NCBI GenBank assembly: GCA_951406725.2
Contig: OX597818.1
Span: 7,254,001-7,318,000 of the forward strand
Length of the DNA: 64,000 nt
Direction: 5' to 3'
Source: Octopus vulgaris
Taxonomy: Eukaryota
Shown here: positions 53,763 through 64,000 of the stretch, piece by piece
Numbering within the stretch: position 1 is the stretch's first letter
Layout: each line of letters starts with the position of its first letter
Program-made: the position numbers and the translations under genes
The notes under the pieces: model-generated
What the model saw: only the letters and a program-made list of their open reading frames with translations
Databases searched by the model: none
What the model was told of the DNA's origin: nothing

Positions 53763-54680
53763 TGAATTATATATATAGCTATAAGCTTTATCAGTAACTT
53801 CAGGGTTGTCTCTCTTCGATATATCTCATCGACAAGAGTCAATAAATTCGAAACGTCGATGTTTGAGATAGCCGACAGAGGGCGACATTGAACGAACAGT
53901 GTGTTTTCACACCTTTTTACCAAAAGAGGTATTTTTTCTCTATGGTAACTGCAGTGTATTTGCCTTTAGCGGTTGAAATATGTGACAAACATATATAACT
54001 AACCTAAACTGTGATTATACGTAAACACTGCTTAGCGCAATTACTCCGATAGAGAGGGAGAGAGAGAGAGAGAGAAACAAATAGAGAAAGAGGGAGATTA
54101 AGAGACGTGTACATTCTCTCTCTCTCACTCTCTCTCTCTCTCTTTCTCACTCTCTCTCTCCCTCTCTCTCTCTCTTTCTCTCCCTCTCTCCGCTGGCCAA
54201 AGTCTTGTGAATGGACTTGGTAGACCGAAAGAGATAAAAGCCAGACGTATATGTGTGTGTATGTATGAATATGTGTATGCATGCCTATGTGTATATCTGT
54301 ATGTATGTATACGTATACAACCCCACCTTTCGTCACTATTGCTCATTTTTCTTGTCTTTTCTGTTGAGGTTGTTCTTATTTTCATTGTTTGGGATTTCTT
54401 TCGTCTTTCTCTTATCTCTCTAGGGAATTCGATGACAAGCTTTTTTTCATTTACCTTTTTCATTTATTTAAAATTTATTTACGGTACATCCCCGTATTTT
54501 TTTCCTTGTCTGACTTGAAATTTTTATTTAACGTGTTAACCAAAGTAAATAGATGGCTCATCTATGTAGTTTGATCTTAACATGAAGCCCTTCAACCGCG
54601 GAGTACCCCTGCGACCGCAGAAGTTGCAGGGGCTTAGCGACGGCCTTGACTTTAATGTCTTAATGGCTATTTATTTCCTT

Positions 54681-54768
<88 letters not shown>

Positions 54769-54786
54769 CCTATCTCTCTATCTACC

Positions 54787-54833
<47 letters not shown>

Positions 54834-55383
54834 ACACACACACACTCACACATAAATGTAAGATCCAAGGATCAAGGTGTAGGAAGAAGGTGAGTTTCAA
54901 GCAATGCGTAGGAAATATATAAAAGAAAAAACTTTCAGGAACAATAGTGGTTTATTGGGACAGGATGTGTAATTTTTCTTATCGGAGTACAATATGTTGT
55001 ATTTCACGATGTGCAGCCAGGTTTGCCAGGTATGCGAATAAAAATACAAGAGTTAAGAAATGAAGCAGATAAGATCCAGTCTACATATGTTTCAAAGCGA
55101 GAGGTACTTCAGATGTAATAATATTCAGACTAGAGTTATGTTGATTAAATTATCGTAATGAGGTACATAGTAACACACGACAATGTAAACTTCATTTAAT
55201 CAAAATACCCTTAGCCTAAAAAAAAGCCTATGGTACACACTTCGTTTGGAAAGTTACCATCTCTCAGGCTCCGTTCGCTTTCAAATATAGCCTCAGGCCA
55301 AGCAAAGCCTTGTGAGTGGATTTGGTAGACTGAAACTGGTAGAGGAAACTGAAAGAAGACCATCGTGTGTATATATATATATA

Positions 55384-55781
55384 TCTTTATATATATAAAA
55401 GAGAAGCTGTGTGTCTGTCCCCTACGATTTAGATTCCTAACTCCTCCACATTTTGCGGTGCAGTTTACCCAAAACCGGGTATCTTATAGTCGTGATTCAA
55501 ATCGAGCCCTTCTGGGTATTAGCGCGCGTCTACGATGAATCTACGATTTTAAAAGAAATTTACTATCATTTTTTTCCATTTTATTACATTTTTTCGCTAT
55601 TATATAAGGGAAGTAACTCTCTAAAAATGTCTACGATAAGTCAACGATTTAAAAAAAATTTACCATCATTTTTTTCCCATTTTTAATGCATTTTTTTGCT
55701 ATTTTTTGGGTATAACTCTTTAAAAATGCTTATATAGTTATTTCCCTTACAAACCCGAGCAACGCCGGGCGATACTGCTAG
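55384..55781 (+). mobile_element. Non-autonomous Helitron
   Basis: 5' TC, 3' CTAG, inserted between A and T with no TSD; subterminal hairpin CCCGAGCAACGCCGGG; internal tandem repeat. Confidence 0.85.
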
Positions 55782-55812
<31 letters not shown>

Positions 55813-55930
55813 ATATATATATGAGAGTGTGTGCGTGTGTATATATATATTTATATGTATACATATATATAATTATATATATATATATATATACATATAT
55901 ATAGATATATTTATATATATATACATACAT

Positions 55931-56026
<96 letters not shown>

Positions 56027-56049
56027 GCATCTATGTCTGTATGTTTGCA

Positions 56050-56102
<53 letters not shown>

Positions 56103-56537
56103 CAGTTCATTGTGAACCATATGCATACACAATATTCATATACATTGCATATGAATATTGTATTAGGTCACATATTTCTCTGGAGGAAATAGAAATATCA
56201 GATTCACATAACACATATTCTCCCACGGTAAACATCACTAGATGCTTGTTTGCTTAAATTAAATATACATATTATTTCTGATATAATTATGTAGCCGGTC
56301 ACCAGTTCCAATGCATTTCCGGAGGTTTTTTTCCTTATCACCGGTCGTTATTGATGTAATCTTAGACCATTTTGTCCTCTACCAGCTTTAAATATGCGCT
56401 ATCAATATATATGTACATACATACATACATACACATATATATATACGTGTTTGTGTGTGTATGTGTGTGTGTGTGTATGTGTGTGTGAGTGAGTATGTTT
56501 ACACACACACACATGCGGATGATTGTGTGTTGATAGA

Positions 56538-57800
56538 TTGGGTTGGTAACTAAGTTCGCGCCGTTTTTCTAAATTTTAGAATTTATTGCGTTTTTAAATT
56601 TTGGAATCTATTTTTTACGAGAATTCTATTTTTGAATCATTTTGGAATCTATTTTTTTTTTCTAGTTAATTTTAGATAATTTTTGTTTATTTTCAGATCA
56701 TTAAAATGGAATGTCATGTTAAGAAAAACGAGCATTTTCGGCACCTCCTACTTTTTGCTTTTAATCAAGGTTCTAAGGCCGCAAAAACTGTACGTGACAT
56801 TTGTGGTGTGTATGGAGAGGGTGCCATAGCTGAAAGAACCGCTCCTCATTGGTATGCCAAGTTCAAAAATAGACATTTTGACCTAATAGATGCACCTGAT
56901 TCTGGCTGTCCAGTTGAGTTCGATGAAAAGCGATTAAACCAACTTTTGCACGAAAACCCTCGTCAAACGACAAGATAACTGGCAGAGAAAATGGAATGTT
57001 GCCACACTGCTATAGAGAAGCATCTTCACTCGATAGGGAAGGTTCAGAAGTATGGAGCATGAGTTTCGCATCATTTATGTGACAACAACAAAAATCAACG
57101 AACCACAATCTCCGCTGGTTTGCTTGCTCGTCACCGCTCAACTCATGTTACACAAGCAACGATTTATTTACCAAATCGTTACTGACGACGAAAAATGGTG
57201 CCTGTACATCAATATGAAGCAGTGTAAGGAACGGCTTGGCTCCGGTAAACAAGCGACACTGCGCGTGAAACAAGATCTTCATCTGCGTAAAACGATGCTG
57301 TGCGTATGGCGGGACTGGGAAGGGATTATCCATTACGAATTGCTTGAACGGAACCAAACGAACGGTCAACGCAGAGCTCTATGTTGAACTTAATATGGCT
57401 ATTCAACAGAAAAGACCTAATCGGCAGCATGGATTTCTTATGATGCACAACACCCGCCCTCATATCTGCAATATGACCAAGGAATGACTGGGAAGTGCTG
57501 CCACACCCGACGTACTCCCCAGATTTGGCACCAACGGATTTTCACTTCTTTCGATCTCTTTCAAATGCTATGCGCGGAGTTTCGTTCAATATTGATGCAG
57601 AACTGAGAGCTTGGTTTGATCAATTTTTCGAGTCGAAATCGAGTGATTTGTAAGAAAGAGCTACTGAAAATCTTGTTGAACGTTGGGAAGAAGTTGTAAA
57701 CAACAAGGGTGAATACATTATTGATTAATTAGTTGTTATTTTTTATTAAACCTTTTAAAAGATTAAAAAAAAAACGGCGGGAACTTCGTTGCCAACCCAA
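56538..57800 (+). mobile_element. Mariner (DD34D) transposon with pseudogenised transposase (56706-57728)
   Basis: TIRs TTGGGTTGGTAACTAAGTTCGCGCCGTTTTT / AAAAACGGCGGGAACTTCGTTGCCAACCCAA followed by TA; motifs IVTDDEKW and HPTYSPDLAPTDFHFF. Confidence 0.93.
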
Positions 57801-58979
57801 TATATACGCATGATTATGAATGTTCATATACATACTTAATATATCTACGTATATATAAGTTGTTAATTTACACACGCGCGCGCGCATGTATCTATGTATT
57901 ATTTAACGTTAGTTTTCAATGCTGGTTTTGGGTTGATTTTATATGTTAGTCGGATCGCAGAAACCGCAAGGCTGCTTCGGACATCAATATCAGCGTCCCA
58001 TCGTTTCTTTGACAGGAGGCCAATTAGTTCACATAGTGCATTGAATGCTTTTTCTGGTCACTAGCACTAGTGTAATCACCAAGTCGCATGTCAAAGATAA
58101 AAAAATGAAAAATCCCTACGTAACTGAATGGAGTGTATTTGAAAGAAAGATAGGTAGTTTTATGCCAGGTGTTGAAAGGCTAAACGTGATAGAGGGACAA
58201 GCACGCAAACATCTTGCTATTGAGGAGATGCATATATTGGTGACAAGTCACCAGAGTCTGTTCGCAAGGCAGTTGAAAACAGACCCTGTTGAGAATAGAT
58301 GATCTCAGGAGGAAAGAGTAAGTAAGTTCATAATAATATTATGGGAGTAAATGGACATGTAGTTAGGGATGGTACGGAGATGAATGTAAAGAATGATAAA
58401 CGAATGTAGAGATATCATTATTGGTAAATCTCAGTAGGGAAGGGTGGGGTGAAATAGACAGAAACAGCAGTGCAGAAAGGGTGGAGAGGGCAGATTCGGG
58501 TGTGCAAATTGCGAAAATAGTGTAGAGAGATGTACATTAAAAGAGGAAGAGATGAAAATGTGTGGCCTACATGTTGTTTACTCTTCAATGAAATAGTATG
58601 TGAAATGAACTTACTGTTGTTATTACTCAGACCTTTTATTATGATTTTAGTAATGTTCTCTACTGATAATTATTAATTTTCTGAGATTTTATGATAATAA
58701 TCGTAGTAAGTACGTTCAAGTCGGAACCAAACTAACATACCACCTAATACATAATACTGACGAGGAATTCTTTATCTTTATCATTGCTTAATAGATACAT
58801 CTGAAGTAAGCCTGATGTTTCACACTAGAAAGAGAGAGGGCAGGGTGAATGTAAGAAATGTAATTTAGAAGTTATAAATTAACGAAAGAATTAAAAAGAG
58901 ATGTGGGTACTTTGTTGGATTTGTCGCTTCTCAATATCTTACAAGCGACTATCTGAATTAAATAGACGGATGCTATATC

Positions 58980-59083
<104 letters not shown>

Positions 59084-59105
59084 AATCCATCTTTCTCTCT
59101 CTCTC

Positions 59106-59175
<70 letters not shown>

Positions 59176-59269
59176 TATATATATATAGTGTAATAAATAA
59201 AATATATGCATACATACAAACATATATGTACGTACCTACATCTACATGTATATATACATGCATATATAA

Positions 59270-59700
59270 ATATATATACGTGTGTACAGGACACTACAAA
59301 TAGACGTAGAACTCAACGAGAAACGAAAAAGTAAAAACAACATGGAACGGACCATTTTTTTAACAACGAAAAAAAACAGAGTACAAGACAACTACACAAG
59401 GAAAAATCCCCTTCATCAGCTGTCCCTAGCTGTTTCGAAGGTGAGGACAGAACACGTCTCGCCGAACTAGTCCTCCCTGCGAAAGAATTAAATAAAATTC
59501 CTTTGCAGAGGGGTAAAACCAAGGAAAAAATGTGACAAAAACAGGACGTAAAAACAATACAATTAAAAACAAATACAAAATAAAAATACAATTAAAAAAA
59601 TATAGTACAAGAAGGAATAGAAACAGGACAGGAAAACAAATAATGAGGGCCTATAAGCCTAGACGAGGAAAACATTTTTCACGAGCGCAGGAAGAAACAT
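59270..59700 (-). mobile_element. Penelope-type repeat related to the 52.5-53.4 kb arms
   Basis: Minus strand GAAACAGCT...CAGCTGATGAAGGGG...TTGTCTTG followed by a T-rich tract; sits in AT/CA microsatellite. Confidence 0.4.
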
Positions 59701-61174
59701 ACATACATTACATACATATATACATAGATACATACATACATACATACATACTTACATACATACACATATACATACATACTTTCATGCCCGCACACACATA
59801 TTTATAGACATTAAAGTAGTTAGCAATAGGACAATGTATCGCTCGATACCGTTAATTTGGCTCTTGTATTCTAGTCGTATATCTCTTTTACAGAGGCAAG
59901 AATTGAGCGGACAAAATGTTGTTAAAAAGTAGTCTTGAATATCTTTTACCATGTGACTGCTGTATGTGTTGAATAAAAACCGCCTAAACTCACGGTAAAA
60001 TAATTTGTTGCTTTATTTGCAACTTGGTGTTATGTCCCCATGCCATTTTTAAATGTCATCTGAATGATGAGGCATGCATTTTAAAACCTGTGAAAAAGTT
60101 TCAGACACAAGTGAATCATAAATGTTTTACTTCTAACGATTATCTCTATGCAATATATTGGCTGCTCGTTTCTGTCGTCCGTTTACGTAGACACACAGAC
60201 GCATACATATATAAAGAGAAAAGGATGTGTTTACGCGCGAACTCACGCGTGTGTGTATGTCTAGATGTGTCCATGCGCGTGTTGCTATGTACATATATCT
60301 ACATAAATTTCTCTATATTCGCCTGTAACGAAGCAGAACCAACTTGTATTGTTAAATTTACCTTCATTTTATTTATTCTCTTCCAGGCTTCCACCCATTC
60401 GAACAATCAGCATTAAAACCATCGGCAACAACAACGATAGCATTTACAATAACAAGAACAATACATTAACGGCACCAGTATTGTACCGCTATCGCTAACA
60501 TCATTATAATCAAAAACACCACAGCTCCATCATCATCTCCTGAAATGAACACCACCACTGTAACGCCACCACCCTCACGAAAAGTACGACATAACGCCGC
60601 CATTATACGTTGCCATTGTGTGTTATTATATTTCTCTATTCAGCAGTCTTTTGATTCTTCACCCACCCACTATACATTTATTCTTCTAATGGTAATTACG
60701 AAGGCAAAATTGAGGAATTTTTCTTATTTTTGCTACGCTTCACTTGCTGAAATCTAATGATGCTACAGAGGCTGGAAGTAACCAAAAAGAACATTTATTA
60801 GTTACGCCTCACAGATGGATTGAAATATTTCCTCTTTCTCTCATACGACATTCGGAAGCCTGCAGAAATATAAAGAGAAAGAACGAGACTGAGTGACACA
60901 CAGAAACAAAATAAGAGGAAAGAGAGAAAGGGAGGGGGATAGAGAGAGTTACAGAGGGAAAGAAAAGGAGAAATGTATATAATTTGAATTGAAAAAACGA
61001 TGAGGTGTATTATACAAATACACGAGTAAGTATGAACATAAACGTGTATGTGTAAAAAGAAAGAGGTAGAAAAAAAAAGAAGGGAAAAATTTACATATGT
61101 ACATTAGTAAAACGGTGTGATAGACTAACACATGCGTTACAAAATAAAGAATGAAAAAGGGTTTGCTACAGAGT

Positions 61175-61206
<32 letters not shown>

Positions 61207-61744
61207 AATTGTGAGAGACTGAGAGAGAGAGATGAGGAAAGAAAGAGATATTATAAAACTTTAAATAGTAAGTCACATGATGAAAAGAAACAGTGGTGAG
61301 ATTGGAAGAGGATTTATAATGGAAACAGTAGCAATGAAACTCGTTCTTTACTATTCTATTTCTCTTTCATATTGTACACTGTATTACGATTCGTACTGCT
61401 ATCCACTTAAAGCTTACTCTCTCCCTCTCCCTTTCTCTCTGTCTATCTCTTTCTATATGTATGTATGTAAGTATGTATGTATGTATGTATGTATGTATGT
61501 TTCGTATGTATGTATGAATGAATCCATTCATATGTGCGTGTACCGATTATTGTTATCATTTGAGGATGTTAAGGACAGACTCTGTTTCTGTATCAAAAAC
61601 ACGTTGATAACACTATTCCGAAGTATACAAATAGATATACAAACATGAACTCACACATCCACACATCCACACACAGATATGTAGACATACATATGTGTGA
61701 TGTCTGCGTGTGTAAGCCAGCGTAGATAGAAGAATCATTATCTT

Positions 61745-61925
61745 TCATATTTCATTCAGTCATTCGGCTGTGATCATGCTGGGGTACCGCCTTGAAATAT
61801 TTAGTTAAATAGATCAATCCTGATATATATCTTCTATCGCTTCTTTTTTGCCGAACTGTTACGTTACGGGGACGTAGTAAACCAACACTGCTGTCAAGCA
61901 GTGATGAAGCACAAAGACAAAGACA
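61745..61925 (-). mobile_element. SINE family B tail fragment (similar tails at 19220-19365 and 33355-33465)
   Basis: CAGTCATT...CATGCTGG...GCCGAACTGTTACGTTACGGGGACGT. Confidence 0.6.
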
Positions 61926-61935
61926 CACACACACA

Positions 61936-61975
<40 letters not shown>

Positions 61976-62034
61976 TACATATATATGCATATATATATGT
62001 GTGTGTGTGTTTGTGTGTGTATGCATATGTGTGA

Positions 62035-62100
<66 letters not shown>

Positions 62101-63216
62101 GAGAGAAGACAGAGAGACAGAGAGAGAAAAAGAAAGAGAGAAAGAGAAAGCGTGAGAGGCAGAGAGACGAACAAATATACATGTTTTTATAAATATATCC
62201 CGCTCTTGTCAAGCGCATTTACGTTCAGAACAGGTCTCCTTTTCTTTGCTAATGACATTGCTGAAGCATGATCCAGACAAATGGATAATGTCGACATCAT
62301 CGAATAAAACACGTCGTAACCGCAACGGAACATAAAGCCACCACTTTGCAAAGACGATAAAATAATATGCATTTTGCAAATGATCGCAAAAAAAAAAAAA
62401 GAAAAAAAAAGAAATTATGGTTAGTGCACCAGCATGGCCACAGTCCAATGACTGAAGTAAATGCAACAATAAAAGCATAGTTATATAGTTTTTCTGTCTA
62501 TATCCGTTTATATCTTTTTTCCATTCTCTCTCACACTCTCTCAAGATCTGTCGGTCTGAGGTTGCTTTTTCATTATTAACACCACAATCAATCATTTGGG
62601 CATATTTGCTTATTTATCAATATTCATACGTGCATGTACGTGAGTATGTAGGTAAGTATGTGTGTGCGACACGCACACACACATACGCACACACACACAC
62701 GCACACACACACACTCACGCATGTATATATAAATGTTTATACACACATACAAACACACACACACGCACACATATGTGCATATATCTGTGTGCGCGTAAGT
62801 GTGTGTGCGTGTTTGAGCGATAATCACAATGGTTAGTCAGCCTGGCATCAAAGGATACACTTTATAAATACAAAAGAACTTTTCTCTCGCGTCTCTAAAA
62901 TCACCATCGCCGTATCCGTATCATCTTACACTTGTCTAAAAATGCAATGCTTCATTATACACCAGAGTATATCCTAATGACCACAATCTCGGCTCATTGA
63001 TGTGCCTCATCTTTGTATAATAGTTATTTCATCTATATGCTACCGATATAACGTGTGCATAGAGTTCAAAGAACGACTACCACTGTAGAGTGAACATAGG
63101 TTTGGAGTGAGACGTGTAGTCTCCTTTTATTTTGTGCAATTTCGGAGGTATCCATTTAAAGATTCGAGTCTGTCACCGACAAATTTTCGACTCGAATATT
63201 CATTTGTTTATTTATT

Positions 63217-63307
<91 letters not shown>

Positions 63308-63384
63308 AAATAATAATAATAATAATAATAATATTGATAATGATAATAATAATAATAATAGTAATAACAACAACAAAAATAATA

Positions 63385-63773
63385 GGTAAAGATAACAGAC
63401 GTGGCAATACAAGGCGATTCGAGGGTGAAATGTAAGGAAAAAGAAAAAAATTGCGAAATACCAGCCGCTGCGGGACGAAATAGGAAAGTTATGGGGTATG
63501 AGGAAAGCAATGGCGATATCGGTGGTAATTAGAGCATTAGGAACAGTTTCCAAGGGATTTAAAAAACAAATTAAGAATATTAGAGCTACTGTTAGGCTCG
63601 AGGTGATCCAGAAGATAGCATTGTTGGGTACAGCTTGCATTCTATGGAGAGCAGGAGAGCATTGTCTCTTTCAGTTACAGGAGATGGCACTACTTGAAAC
63701 GTTTAGTGATTTGTTAATGCTCGCTTTCAAGTAAAGAATAACTAGTAATTAAGAACTATCTGAGTCTTTCAGA
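63385..63773 (+). mobile_element. R4/Dong-like non-LTR retrotransposon 3' fragment (RLE endonuclease) in (TAA)n
   Basis: DVAIQGDSRVKCKEKEKIAKYQPLRDEIGKLWGM...VVIRALGTV...IQKIALLGTACIL; flanked by TAA-type repeats. Confidence 0.8.
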
Positions 63774-63845
63774 ATAATAATGATTATGATGATGATGATG
63801 ATGGTGATGGTGATGGAGATGATGATGAAAACTATTATTATTATT

Positions 63846-63887
<42 letters not shown>

Positions 63888-63889
63888 AT

Positions 63890-64000
63890 TATTTATTGCT
63901 TTTGCGCATCTAACGCTGAAGATGTACTACAGTGTCAGCTGTTCACTACCTCTCATTTTTCGAGCACCTTCCGGAGTATTCAAGCAGTTCCAAACAGTGC
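63890..64000 (-). mobile_element. Second R4/Dong-like 3' end (runs off the window)
   Basis: Minus strand ALFGTA*ILRKVLEK*, short 3' UTR, then (AAT)/(AAC) repeats. Confidence 0.65.

Overview
AT-rich, microsatellite-dense eukaryotic DNA. The SINE and repeat content looks cephalopod (octopus-like); this is an inference. I can support no host gene, and nearly all short ORFs in the track are translated simple repeats. The window is a mosaic of transposable elements. The main one is a full-length, very young Ty3/gypsy LTR retrotransposon of the CsRn1/Kabuki type (11085-17138), with apparently identical 584-bp LTRs, a TGTT TSD, a tRNA-Trp PBS, a PPT and a -1 frameshift site with a likely pseudoknot. 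Its integrase core is broken by an exact inverted 184-bp copy of its own LTR U3/TATA region (15131-15314). This could give both an antisense promoter and a long dsRNA stem, making the copy a candidate self-silencing element. Also present: a solo LTR, decayed Tc1, mariner and maT transposons, L1/Tx1, CR1 and R4/Dong LINE fragments, Helitron-type elements, tRNA-derived SINEs, a foldback MITE with telomeric repeats, and Penelope-type repeats with hammerhead-like motifs.
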